Shown: piece by piece, positions 9,316-19,258 of the stretch | Numbering within the stretch: position 1 is the stretch's first letter | Layout of the letters: the number at the start of each line of letters is the position of its first letter | Assembly: GCA_023264615.1 (NCBI GenBank) | Contig: JAHFLU010000003.1 | Coordinates: forward strand, 1 to 35,970 | Source of the DNA: a bacterium | GTDB taxonomy: Bacteria; Patescibacteriota; Minisyncoccia; Phycocordibacterales; VMGT01 | DNA length: 35,970 nt | Reading direction: 5' to 3' | Position numbers and translations under genes: made by a program | Notes under the pieces: model-generated | What the model was told of the DNA's origin: nothing | The model's database searches: none | What the model saw: only the letters and a program-made list of their open reading frames with translations

Positions 9316-10307
9316 GAAAGTGGTTGCAAAACAGTTGTCTGCAAAGACCGCACACTGCGCATATCTGCTTCAACCATAATCTGCACAAGGTTACTAAAGC
9401 TGACGTTCGGCTCCCAGTGAAGTTTTTCTTTTGCTTTCCTCGAATCGCCTAAAATTCGCACTTTATCCGGGTGACGCTTAAAACGGTCATCAATTTTTAC
9501 ATGCTCGCGCCAATCGAGTCCAACGTATGAAAATGCCGTGTCAACGAATTCTTCGACTGAATGAGAAATGCCCGTCGCGATTACATAATCTTCAGGCGTG
9601 TCCTGCTGAAGCATTCGCCACATCGCTTCGACATATTCCGGAGCATACCCCCAGTCACGCTGTGCCCCCATATCCCCAAGAATGAGTTTCTCTTCACTCC
9701 CATTTTTAATCTTCGCTACACCATTTGTAATCTTTCGTGTTACAAAACCGGGCCCGCGGCGAGGACTTTCGTGATTATACAGAATTCCTGAAACGGCATA
9801 CATGTCAAACTGCTTCCGAAAAACATGCACCATGTTATGTGCATACAGCTTTGCAGCCCCGTATGGATTTCTTGGCCTGCATAATGCACTTTCAGACTGC
9901 GGCGAGATATTTGTATCACCAAATATTTCCGCACTCGATGCCTGAAAGAAATGGGCATTCGACTTTGCATCTCGGAGCACTTCGAGAATATGCACTGGTC
10001 CAAGTGCTGTCGCATTGCTTGTCATTGCCGGATGTTCAAGCGAAGTCACCACAGACGACGGAGAGGCAAGATTGTATACCTCGTCCGGAACTACAGAGCG
10101 AACCGCGCGTGCAATCGATGCATACTCGCACACGTCTCCCTCATAGAGCTTTACCTGCTCATACGCATACTGAAAATCAGGATTGACCCGGTCTTCCGGA
10201 CGAACGAGGCCAAACACCTCGTATCCCTTTGAGAGGAGTAGTTCCGTAAGATACGACCCGTCCTGGCCGAAAATTCCTGTGATTAATGCTCGTTTTTTTT
10301 CTATCAT
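9312..10307 (-). CDS. gmd: GDP-mannose 4,6-dehydratase-like, divergent second copy
   Basis: [52 protein letters not shown]. The canonical NLxAQSHV is replaced by NLASPSSV. Confidence 0.85.
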   Translation of the reverse strand: MIEKKRALITGIFGQDGSYLTELLLSKGYEVFGLVRPEDRVNPDFQYAYEQVKLYEGDVCEYASIARAVRSVVPDEVYNLASPSSVVTSLEHPAMTSNATALGPVHILEVLRDAKSNAHFFQASSAEIFGDTNISPQSESALCRPRNPYGAAKLYAHNMVHVFRKQFDMYAVSGILYNHESPRRGPGFVTRKITNGVAKIKNGSEEKLILGDMGAQRDWGYAPEYVEAMWRMLQQDTPEDYVIATGISHSVEEFVDTAFSYVGLDWREHVKIDDRFKRHPDKVRILGDSRKAKEKLHWEPNVSFSNLVQIMVEADMRSVRSLQTTVLQPLS

Positions 10308-11335
10308 ACAAATACCTTAATTCTCTCGTTTTTCATTTTAGTATCCGGATGCGTAGCATACCAGGCAAATGTACTCTTGAGCCCGTCGCGCAATGACACA
10401 TCTGCGGCCCATCCTACCAATTTCTTTATCTTCTGTACATCTCCGCGGCGACGTGCGACTGAACCTTTTGGCGCTTCGTGTATATCCAGTTTTTTCGGCC
10501 GCCACTCTGCAACGTCAAAAAGTGTCTCGACCAGTACGCGAATCGGCGTTTCCTCTGCAACACCAATATGTACTGTCTCGATTGGTTGCCCATCCGTTTT
10601 TCCAGACTCCATAAGAAGCACCATCGCAGCAACCGCATCATCGATGTAGCAAAACGAGCGTGTATCAGTCGCGCCGTAAATTGGAAATGGGTCGATACGC
10701 GCTGCGATGCGTAATGAGAGTTCCGGGATGACATGATTATAGCCCGCCCGTGGCCCATAGAAATTATGCGGACGCACAATGACACCGCGAAACTTGTAGT
10801 GCTCCGCATAGTGAATAAGAAACAGTTCACCGAGAAGTTTTGTACCGGCATACGTCCATCGCGGGTTATATGTATCCGCAATCACGAGCGGCACATTTTC
10901 TGGCGTTGGGATCGGCAGCTGGCCAAATGAGGAGAGCCCTCCCGCATACGCTTCGTTTGAAGACGTGAAAAGAATCTTGCCGCGAGCATTCTTTTTCCGA
11001 AACCATTCGAGAAAAAGAAGGATTGTCGCCGTATTGATCCGCATAACCTCATGCGGCATGTCATAGAAAATACCCGTCCCGTTCACTGCAGCAAGATGAT
11101 ATACATGATCATATTGAGAACCCAGCCGCAGGTACGCACGCGGATCAGTGAGGTCAAGATTCAAAAATGTCACGCGGGAATTCTTGAGTACTGTTTTAAG
11201 CTCAGCATCCATACGTCCACGAAAAAGGTTGTCAACCAAAACAAGTTTGGCGGTTGACGTACTAAGCAGGTGACGTGCGAGATGATATCCGACAAAGCCC
11301 GCACCGCCCGTTATAAGTATTTTTTTTCTCTCCAT
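10304..11335 (-). CDS. NAD-dependent epimerase/dehydratase/reductase (extended SDR)
   Basis: [25 protein letters not shown] (YxxxK), RPHNFYGP, TRSFCYIDD. Confidence 0.88.
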   Translation of the reverse strand: MERKKILITGGAGFVGYHLARHLLSTSTAKLVLVDNLFRGRMDAELKTVLKNSRVTFLNLDLTDPRAYLRLGSQYDHVYHLAAVNGTGIFYDMPHEVMRINTATILLFLEWFRKKNARGKILFTSSNEAYAGGLSSFGQLPIPTPENVPLVIADTYNPRWTYAGTKLLGELFLIHYAEHYKFRGVIVRPHNFYGPRAGYNHVIPELSLRIAARIDPFPIYGATDTRSFCYIDDAVAAMVLLMESGKTDGQPIETVHIGVAEETPIRVLVETLFDVAEWRPKKLDIHEAPKGSVARRRGDVQKIKKLVGWAADVSLRDGLKSTFAWYATHPDTKMKNERIKVFV

Positions 11336-11342
11336 AATAATT

Positions 11343-12392
11343 TTATATCATCTGCACCAAAGATGTTCCTTTGTTCGCTTCTGGAACAATAGGAACTTCC
11401 TTGATACCAAGTTTAACGAGTTCGGCATCCATCATTATCGCCACTAAATCATGAAATTTCACCATCGGCTTCCATCCAAGCTTACGTTGTGCTTTATGCG
11501 CATCTCCTACAAGAAGATTGACCTCTGCAGGACGATAAAGCCGGGGATCAATAACAAGATATTTCTTCCAGTGCGGTAAGCCAACATATGAAAAACAAGC
11601 TTCGAGAAATTCCTTGACTGTATGCGTTTCCCCCGTTGCTATAACGTAATCGTCCGGTTTCTCCTGTTGTAACATGCGCCACATCGCATCCACATATTCG
11701 GGTGCATAACCCCAATCTCTTTTTGCATGCAGATTACCGAGGAATAATTTGTCACGTTTTCCCGCCGCAATCTCAGCAACCCCCTGTGTTATTTTTCTCG
11801 TAACAAAGTTCTCTCCACGGCGAGGACTTTCGTGGTTAAATAAAATACCATTACATGCAAACAGTTTATAGCTATCCCGATACAGCGCCACACTATTATG
11901 GGCAAACACCTTTGCGATTCCATATGGACTTTTGGGATTAAATGGTGTCTTTTCACTCTGGGGTGTATCAAGTACTGCGCCGTACATTTCGGATGAGGAT
12001 GCCTGATAGAGTCTCGTTTGAATTCCCGAGTGACGTATCGCCTCAAGCAACCGTACTGTCCCCAACCCAACAACATCCATAGTATATTCCGGCAAATCAA
12101 AACTTATCCGCACATGACTCTGTGCGCCAAGATTGTATATTTCATCAGGCCGAACAAGTTCAAAAGCACGTAGCAGGCTACTACCATCTGAAAGATCGCC
12201 ATAGTGAAGATGGAAGGCATCCTTGTACTCACCACGAGTATAAAGCGGCAACAACCGCTCACGATTAAGAGAACTCGACCGCCGAACAATGCCGTGCACT
12301 TCGTATCCTTTTGCAAGCAAAAGTTCCGCAAGATATGATCCATCCTGTCCCGTTACGCCAGTAATAAGCGCTTTTTTTCTGACATGTACCAT
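11343..12392 (-). CDS. gmd: GDP-mannose 4,6-dehydratase
   Basis: Start moved to ATG 12392. [60 protein letters not shown]. Confidence 0.95.
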   Translation of the reverse strand: MVHVRKKALITGVTGQDGSYLAELLLAKGYEVHGIVRRSSSLNRERLLPLYTRGEYKDAFHLHYGDLSDGSSLLRAFELVRPDEIYNLGAQSHVRISFDLPEYTMDVVGLGTVRLLEAIRHSGIQTRLYQASSSEMYGAVLDTPQSEKTPFNPKSPYGIAKVFAHNSVALYRDSYKLFACNGILFNHESPRRGENFVTRKITQGVAEIAAGKRDKLFLGNLHAKRDWGYAPEYVDAMWRMLQQEKPDDYVIATGETHTVKEFLEACFSYVGLPHWKKYLVIDPRLYRPAEVNLLVGDAHKAQRKLGWKPMVKFHDLVAIMMDAELVKLGIKEVPIVPEANKGTSLVQMI

Positions 12393-12463
12393 ATGATATA
12401 TATTCAAGCAACTCGTAGCTTTATGTTACTCTACCTCAAAAACTAACATGCGACGACGGTCAC

Positions 12464-12498
12464 TTTGACAAAGAAACGCGTCAAGCGAGTAAGTCCTA
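12464..12498. repeat. Single-end remnant of the 28.6-kb palindromic element family
   Basis: TTTGACAAAGAAACGCGTCAAGCGAGTAAGTCCTA matches 28710-28744 at 30/35. Its terminal CTA is the TAG stop of the GT4-GT9 gene. Confidence 0.7.
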
Positions 12499-14772
12499 CA
12501 TTGAATAATTTTTCAATACATACCCCGCAGCGTATAGTACATCTTCCACACTGCACGCATCAAGGGCCTTCTTATGCTCACTATCTTCCCCGCGCGCTTT
12601 AAACACAAAACTCGATGGATAAAATGGCGCAGGAGGAGTGACACATATGCTTTTCTTATCATGGGGAGGCTGCTCCCATGGATCGACGGGTCCCGTAATA
12701 TCAACAACCGGTACTCCCAAAGCATGTGCAATATAGACTGGACCGGTGTCAACTGCAATATACAGCGTGAGGGATTTGATCAATGCAGACAGCTCTTCGA
12801 GGGTAAAATGGGTGGCAATACTGTGTTGTTCTCCCGAGTTTGGAAGTGTCGCAACAAGTGCTTCAATCCGGCTCCGATCCTTCGCTCCGCCAATCCAAAC
12901 AATTTTTCCACCATGTCTTTCAACAAGCTGTTTCCCAACCTCGCCAAATCGGGCATCTCCCCATTCCTTAATCTTGTTCCCTGCCGTAATGCTTATCCCA
13001 ATGATAACATCAGTGGGACGTACGCCCTGTTCTTCTAGAAACACGCGTATTTGTTCTTTGGTTTCAGGCTTCATGTATACTTCTTTTGCAGGATATATGC
13101 TCTGAATGCCAGCATATTTGAGCATTTCGAGGTAAAACGCGGGAGCAAATGTATGGTGTTCGTACAGAACGGGAACGTTGTTAAGCCAGTCTGTTGTACG
13201 CTCCGCGAGAAAGCGCGGAAAATAGACAAGCTTAATCCGCGTCGGTATAAAACTCCAAAAAAAGAGTGAGCTCGAAAAGGCTGTTCCCGAAAACGAAAGA
13301 CCAACATCAAAAGACTTTTTCTGCAACATTCGCACAAACCGAAAAAGATGAAACTTATAGTCCTCGAGTACAATGAGCTCATCAATATACGGATTCCCCG
13401 CAAGTACCCCACCGGCTTTGCGAGATACAAGAACCGCAATAAAACTGTCGGGGTATGTTTTCTTGATTGTATGAAACACCGGCGTCGTGCATACAATATC
13501 GCCAATACGCGTAAGCTGCGGCATAATAAAAAAACGCTGCGGCCCTTTCCTCTTTCTCCTCCCTGAACGAATTTTTGAAAATACAAACGGTGCAAAGAAA
13601 AATGATATGCAAGTAAGAAACCATGTAAGAAAGCGTATCCGGAAATCCATTGTTATTGACTTTCGTTTACGTATCGGTGTTCGCGCCACCCTTGTAAGAA
13701 TCTCAAGTGTTTCCTTGCCACAGGTATCCCATGAAAAACGTTGGAGCTGGGCGGGACCTTTTGTCACAATTCCCCTCCGAAATATTTCATCGGTTGTAAG
13801 CCTCTCCATCGCACCTGCGATTTCCTCCGCATGATACGGATCAACAAGGACAGCAGCACCGTTCCCCCCAAGTTCAGCAGGACCAAAAATATTGGATGTA
13901 ATAGCGGGGATACCGCACGAGAGCGCTTCAAGAATAGGAAATCCTGTACCTTCTACAATACTCGGAAAGACTAATGCTTCTGCACGCTTATATACATACG
14001 AAAGCTCCGGTTCGTTGAGATGTCCCAAGAAATGAACTCTGTCTTCAATTCTTTCTTTGTCGATATATTTCTTCAATGTTGCATAATATTCGCCTTCACT
14101 CTTCCCGCCAATAACAAGATCGTGTACGAAGTCAGTATTTGCCTTTACGCATAGATTGAACGCCTGCACAATACGCAAGACATTTTTTCGTTCTTTAAGA
14201 GTCCCCGCAAAAAAGAAATACTTTTGCGGAAGAGGGAGTGAGGGTGCACGTTCCAAAACTTCGCATATTTTTTTGTACCCGTGATACACGACAGAAATTT
14301 TTTCTGCGGGAATATCGAAAAACCGCACTGTGTCGTTCTTTGTCGAATTTGACACCGCAATAATTTGATCGGCTCGGTGCATCGAATACCCGTGGTACCA
14401 GCCAATAAGAATACGTTTCAGGCGTTCGGAAAAATTCCGTGGTGCAAGATATTTATACGGATAATCAAGCGCTATGATGACGGACCGGCGTGGCTTAAAA
14501 AAGAGCGGTAGAACAGGCGTATTAAAAAGATATACATCGCAGGGGGTGGCGTACTTGAGGCGTGTCAGCCAGAGTCTTCCTGTTCCAAGTATTTCAGTAT
14601 GCCAATTTTTGCCTGGTAAATCCGGTTCTTGTTCCGGTTTTTCCTTAAGAAAAATCACGTACTCATTCTCCCTATCATTTTGCATCAGTGACTCCGCCCA
14701 ACCAAAAATAATCCTCGGAAGGCCACCGGGCTTTTTCTCACCGTACGGATGCATGATGATCCCTATTTTCAT
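12496..14772 (-). CDS. Fused GT4 + GT9 (heptosyltransferase-like) glycosyltransferase
   Basis: Start at ATG 14772 (ATGA overlap). N-half has RKNV and EGTGFPILEALSCGIP. After a hydrophobic linker, the C-half has RIGDIVCTTP, NPYIDE, KEW and DTGPVYIAHALGVP. Confidence 0.9.
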   Translation of the reverse strand: MKIGIIMHPYGEKKPGGLPRIIFGWAESLMQNDRENEYVIFLKEKPEQEPDLPGKNWHTEILGTGRLWLTRLKYATPCDVYLFNTPVLPLFFKPRRSVIIALDYPYKYLAPRNFSERLKRILIGWYHGYSMHRADQIIAVSNSTKNDTVRFFDIPAEKISVVYHGYKKICEVLERAPSLPLPQKYFFFAGTLKERKNVLRIVQAFNLCVKANTDFVHDLVIGGKSEGEYYATLKKYIDKERIEDRVHFLGHLNEPELSYVYKRAEALVFPSIVEGTGFPILEALSCGIPAITSNIFGPAELGGNGAAVLVDPYHAEEIAGAMERLTTDEIFRRGIVTKGPAQLQRFSWDTCGKETLEILTRVARTPIRKRKSITMDFRIRFLTWFLTCISFFFAPFVFSKIRSGRRKRKGPQRFFIMPQLTRIGDIVCTTPVFHTIKKTYPDSFIAVLVSRKAGGVLAGNPYIDELIVLEDYKFHLFRFVRMLQKKSFDVGLSFSGTAFSSSLFFWSFIPTRIKLVYFPRFLAERTTDWLNNVPVLYEHHTFAPAFYLEMLKYAGIQSIYPAKEVYMKPETKEQIRVFLEEQGVRPTDVIIGISITAGNKIKEWGDARFGEVGKQLVERHGGKIVWIGGAKDRSRIEALVATLPNSGEQHSIATHFTLEELSALIKSLTLYIAVDTGPVYIAHALGVPVVDITGPVDPWEQPPHDKKSICVTPPAPFYPSSFVFKARGEDSEHKKALDACSVEDVLYAAGYVLKNYSM

Positions 14773-15899
14773 GAGCGTGTTGAGATGAATTGAATGATAC
14801 TTTTCGTTCTTTCCTCCCATGTATACTCTTTTGCTTTTTCTTTCCCGTACACAATTCGCTTCCGCACAGCATCTCCCTCCATCGATTCTTTAATTGCAAA
14901 AGCGAGCGCATGCGGATCGTCCGGTTCATAAAAGCACACTTCCCGCTCCGTAACGACCTCACGATTCGCGAGTGTACTACTCACAACCATCGGACGTAGA
15001 GATGCAAGAAATTCAAATATCTTCATCGGCGATGTCTCGGTATATGAATACTGATTCGATTTTGTCCCCAGTACAAGCACGACATCCGCAGCCGAAACCC
15101 ACGACGGAACATCTCGGAAAGGTTTATGTCCGACACAGACAACATTTTCAGGTATTTTTTGTACCCCCGTTGCCATGCGGAATCCTTCCTCTGTCCCGCC
15201 CACCATATAAAACAATATCTCCGGGAGCATCGCTGCCGTTTGAGCGATAATCCCTAAACCTTTCCAGTCATAAAACTGTCCTGTATGTACGGCAACCACG
15301 CGCTCTAGAGAAAGTCCGAGGGCCATGCGGGCTTCCCTTTTCGACAAACGAGAAGGAAACAATTTTGGATCGATACCATTCGGTGCCGTTATACTCTTTT
15401 CTTGCGGAATACGAAAATCTGCACGAAACCGCGCAGCAACAGCGCGGCTGTTCGTTATAATGCCCCGCACACGTCTGACAAAAAAAGAGAGCATGGGACT
15501 TTTCCTCTTGCTCCCATGTACTTCAAAAAATACAGGCACAGAAAGAAGCGGGAGAAGAAAAAAAGAAAATTGATCAAGATCAATCGTATATACTATTGCT
15601 TTTTCTCTACGAACTTTGAAAAAAAGATACAGAAACGATGTGATGCAAAAAGAGAGAGACTTCAGGTTGAACGCAATGCCGCTCTTTCCACAGAGAAGAA
15701 CCGGTACTCGGCGAATGGGTATATTTTCCTCAAGCGCATAGAAATCTTCGATGGAGTCGCAGAGCGGATTATGCTGTCGGGGCAGAATCAATTCAAGATC
15801 AATACCTGCTGCAACAAAAGCCTCGCATTGTTTTGCGAGTTGGATTCCATGTGCTTTTTCGTTCGGCATCCGTGCGTTGGCAACGTAGTACATCTTCAT
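14769..15899 (-). CDS. Glycosyltransferase family 4
   Basis: Start at ATG 15899 (MKMYYVANARMPNEKAHGIQ). APNGID, WKGL, TSPMKIFEFLAS; ends with YTWEER. Confidence 0.88.
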   Translation of the reverse strand: MKMYYVANARMPNEKAHGIQLAKQCEAFVAAGIDLELILPRQHNPLCDSIEDFYALEENIPIRRVPVLLCGKSGIAFNLKSLSFCITSFLYLFFKVRREKAIVYTIDLDQFSFFLLPLLSVPVFFEVHGSKRKSPMLSFFVRRVRGIITNSRAVAARFRADFRIPQEKSITAPNGIDPKLFPSRLSKREARMALGLSLERVVAVHTGQFYDWKGLGIIAQTAAMLPEILFYMVGGTEEGFRMATGVQKIPENVVCVGHKPFRDVPSWVSAADVVLVLGTKSNQYSYTETSPMKIFEFLASLRPMVVSSTLANREVVTEREVCFYEPDDPHALAFAIKESMEGDAVRKRIVYGKEKAKEYTWEERTKSIIQFISTRS

Positions 15900-15978
15900 A
15901 TGCCTTGTTTCTTGCAACACTATATCATAGCAAAAAGTGACCCCAGAGAGAGCTCCAAGTACCTACGTTATCAATATT

Positions 15979-16071
15979 GCGATCATGGTAGCATAGTGGC
16001 TTTTTAGACAGTAAGGCTTGGCCTAGCCGCCTCGAGCGCTGTCTAAAAAGCCACTATGCTACCATGATCGC
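15979..16071. repeat. Perfect 33-bp inverted repeat with a 27-nt spacer
   Basis: GCGATCATGGTAGCATAGTGGCTTTTTAGACAG (15979-16011) and its exact reverse complement (16039-16071). Confidence 0.95.
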
Positions 16072-16104
16072 TTCCATTTTGGTGCATGAAGGAAGGAATG
16101 ATAA

Positions 16105-17196
16105 CTAGAAGAGACCCATAAATTCCTCCAAAATAAGGGTCTGGTCATATTTTCTTACATGGGTGCGCACAATTTCAGATACCTCTCTTCGCTTCTCATC
16201 TCTGTCGAGAAGCTCGCGAACACGTTCTGAAAAACCTGCAATGTCCGCGCTTGTAACACAATATTGCTGCAGCACAAACGGCACAATATCACGAACACCA
16301 CCGACAGAAAATGCCACAAACGGCACGCCCGCAGCCATCGCTTCGAGGAGCACATGAGGGAAACCCTCCTCTTCTGAAGGCATGATAAAAACATCAGCAG
16401 CAAAAAAATACGATGCGATATCGCGATGCGAAATTCCGCCGAGCATGAGAATTCTCTCCGTTAATCCATGTTTTTCTATGTCATTCCGAATATTCTGAGA
16501 GAGGGGGCCGTCACCAATGATAACGAAAAGTGCAGTCGGGTCAGATACTGTTTCTGCAATCTCTACTATTTTGTCGACACCTTTCCTCTCCGAAAGATGG
16601 TGTACAAAAAGAACAATTTTTTTATCATACGGAAGGTTGAGTTTTTCCCGCACCTCTCGCTTTGTGCCATCATTCTTCCATGCAGAAATATCAATCCAAT
16701 TTGGCACCACGGTAATCTTCATCGGTGAGATCGAATACTCCTCTGCATACAATTGCCGCATCGTTTCAGTACCCGTCACCAACGTATTCACCATGTGCAA
16801 AACAAAACGCAAGGAAATTTGTTTTCCATACAGCCACGGCATGCCACAGTTCCAGTAATATGCTCTACCTTTCGTAAGACGCGCAACCAAAGACGATGTC
16901 AGTGCTCCTGTATAGGAATAGTGGGTATAGAAAATACGATACCCACGTCTTCGCGCCTCTACCAACACCATCAGTTCGCGAAGAATGCGCAACGGAAGAA
17001 AACGGACGCGCAACCTTTTTATGTACGCTACCCCCGGAAACCGGCTTTGAGAAGGATTTCCCTTTTCAACGACAAGAAAAACTTCGCTTTCTTTAGAAAG
17101 CGCATTAATGAAATCATATAGATACGCAAAATGCGTGTCAGTTCCCTCACGAAATTCCGGCAGGATGTAGCAGATTTTTTTCCTACTTTTTGACAT
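16105..17196 (-). CDS. Glycosyltransferase family 4
   Basis: Start moved to ATG 17196 (MSKSRKKICYI). VPNWID, ERKG, IGDGP, EEGFPHVLLEAMAAGVP. Confidence 0.9.
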   Translation of the reverse strand: MSKSRKKICYILPEFREGTDTHFAYLYDFINALSKESEVFLVVEKGNPSQSRFPGVAYIKRLRVRFLPLRILRELMVLVEARRRGYRIFYTHYSYTGALTSSLVARLTKGRAYYWNCGMPWLYGKQISLRFVLHMVNTLVTGTETMRQLYAEEYSISPMKITVVPNWIDISAWKNDGTKREVREKLNLPYDKKIVLFVHHLSERKGVDKIVEIAETVSDPTALFVIIGDGPLSQNIRNDIEKHGLTERILMLGGISHRDIASYFFAADVFIMPSEEEGFPHVLLEAMAAGVPFVAFSVGGVRDIVPFVLQQYCVTSADIAGFSERVRELLDRDEKRREVSEIVRTHVRKYDQTLILEEFMGLF

Positions 17197-18043
17197 GTGC
17201 TTTAATCCGCTCTCCGTATGTCTCGCGAAGCAAATCGAGATCTTTGCTGCTCTCGAGGAGAAGTTCGATATTTTTCTCACGCAGACTCTTGAGAACAGCC
17301 TGTCCAAGCGGATCGGCAACGACACTCTTATATATCTCCTCAAATGCGGCAAAATCTTTAATGAAACAGTGTCCCCCTGCTCCCCGCCCGCTTTTGTGTA
17401 CTGGATCAAGGTGTGTCCTCCCTATACGCGGATCTGCCGCCATTGCATCGCGAACCACTTCAAAGCTGCAGCCAAGTTCCTGCGAAAGATCATACAGCAA
17501 GTTTACAAAAACGACTTTTGTAAAGAACCAACAGTTGCCGGAATATTTGATCACCTCTGCTTCCCGTGCAGAGCAAATTTTTTCAAACGGTGCTTTTGGT
17601 AATACATCAATTACCTCTTGTGCACGCATACGCGCCTCTCCCGTATCGTTTGGAATGCCAACAATATTACGATCCGGATGTGCTGCATCGTGTGCAGCAG
17701 TAACTTCAGTCAGAAACTCGGGAGAATGAAAAACAAAAACACTGGGAAACTCTTTCTGAATTGATTCTGTTGTTCCCGGAAGAATCGTTGATTTGATAAC
17801 CGCAGTACTCTCTTTTCTAATAAGCGGTATCACAGAACGAACAATGGAGTCGTCAAATCCCTTTTGTGTTGTCGGTGTCGGCACCGCAATGAAAACAATA
17901 TCGCACTCGCTTATGCGCTCTTTGTTTCCAGAGTATGCATTCTCTCGAGAATAGCGGACGACAGAAAAACCACGCTTTTCAAAATCATCCGCGTAATTCT
18001 TCCCAATCCATCCTTGTCCGATGAAACCAATTTTTTTTGCCAT
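17183..18043 (-). CDS. UDP-glucose/GDP-mannose 6-dehydrogenase family, short form without the C-terminal domain
   Basis: GFIGQGWIG, FIAVPTP, KSTILPGTT, SPEFL, AEVIKY..N, DPRIG and catalytic GGHCFIKD. Only 286 aa. Confidence 0.88.
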   Translation of the reverse strand: MAKKIGFIGQGWIGKNYADDFEKRGFSVVRYSRENAYSGNKERISECDIVFIAVPTPTTQKGFDDSIVRSVIPLIRKESTAVIKSTILPGTTESIQKEFPSVFVFHSPEFLTEVTAAHDAAHPDRNIVGIPNDTGEARMRAQEVIDVLPKAPFEKICSAREAEVIKYSGNCWFFTKVVFVNLLYDLSQELGCSFEVVRDAMAADPRIGRTHLDPVHKSGRGAGGHCFIKDFAAFEEIYKSVVADPLGQAVLKSLREKNIELLLESSKDLDLLRETYGERIKAHVKK

Positions 18044-18057
18044 ATATTTAAAAAATA

Positions 18058-19251
18058 CTATCCACCAGCAGACTTAGCGGAAGCCTCGCAACACATCTGC
18101 CACGAGTTCTCATATAGAGTAAGGTACTCTTTCTTATTGTGTAAACTTTCTGAAACCTCTTGTCTCGCCTTTACTGTAAGCACCTGCCCCAGACTCTGCT
18201 CGGAAACCAGACGGCCCACCTTTTCTGCAAGGCAGAAAACATCTCCGACCGGACAGACAAAACCTGTAACACCATTCCTGATATACATATCCGTCACACC
18301 AACCGACGTTGCGACGACAGGACATGAGGACAGCATCGCCTCAATCAGAACCATGCTGTACCCTTCGTAATCCGATGTCAAGAGAAACATATTCGCAGCC
18401 TTATAGTAAGGGGCAATGCGTTCTGTCCACGGCTCAAAAACAACCTTATCCTCTAATCCCAGACGATGCACTATTTTTTCAAGTTCTCTTTTTTCCGGCC
18501 CATCCCCGACGATGACCATTCCGACACCAGGGTGTTTTTTACATACCTCGTCAAGCACATGCAGAGCAACCGGGATATTTTTCTCTTTTGTCAACCGTGC
18601 CACAACCAAGATGACAAATTGAAATTGTTTATATTTCTCACGCAGTGTGATTATTTCAGAATCAAATGCATTTGTATCACCATATCTATCTTTATCTACA
18701 AAAACTGGCAGGAGCAGAATATTTTGGGCACTACGCCACTTCGATGCAATGAGAGAATCTTGTATTCTCTTGCTCACGACACGAATGCAGCTTGCTGCCT
18801 TAAGCGTACGCTTAGCCATTACAACCCGCACCCGATTCAAAAGTGACTTTTTCTGAAATTCTTTGCTCAAGAAATCTGTATGTATCTGAATCTGCAGGCA
18901 GCCGCCATATTTTTTCTTGAGTTTGTATCCTACCCACCCTGTCTCGAACGGATCTTGGCATGTCGTCACGTCTGGTACTACCAACTCCTCGTTTCGCAGG
19001 GAACGGGCAATTCTCATCGCATCCCAGATATACCCCCACCTACTCGATGAATTTGTCGGATATACGAACACATTGCTACCAATGTGTATATTTTCCAGTT
19101 TTCGCTTCTTTTCCGCAAAAACAATGATGTGCAGTTCGCGAGCAAATTCCGCATATTCTATGATGCGCCCGCGAATTGACGTACCTTCTTCAAACATGCC
19201 CCTGTCGCTCGAGATCATGAGCACACGATTTACTTTTTGTCCCTCCACCAT
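18058..19251 (-). CDS. Glycosyltransferase family 4
   Basis: VARLTKEKN, VGDGPE, YEGYSMVLIEAMLSSCPVVAT. Confidence 0.9.
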   Translation of the reverse strand: MVEGQKVNRVLMISSDRGMFEEGTSIRGRIIEYAEFARELHIIVFAEKKRKLENIHIGSNVFVYPTNSSSRWGYIWDAMRIARSLRNEELVVPDVTTCQDPFETGWVGYKLKKKYGGCLQIQIHTDFLSKEFQKKSLLNRVRVVMAKRTLKAASCIRVVSKRIQDSLIASKWRSAQNILLLPVFVDKDRYGDTNAFDSEIITLREKYKQFQFVILVVARLTKEKNIPVALHVLDEVCKKHPGVGMVIVGDGPEKRELEKIVHRLGLEDKVVFEPWTERIAPYYKAANMFLLTSDYEGYSMVLIEAMLSSCPVVATSVGVTDMYIRNGVTGFVCPVGDVFCLAEKVGRLVSEQSLGQVLTVKARQEVSESLHNKKEYLTLYENSWQMCCEASAKSAGG

Positions 19252-19258
19252 ATCGGTA

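Noticed and set aside
16105-17409. 434-aa version of the GT4, and similar N-terminal extensions at 835, 12407, 14820, 15920, 24813, 31067 and 34602
   Set aside because: The extensions overlap neighbouring genes or promoter regions; downstream ATGs match the family N-termini.
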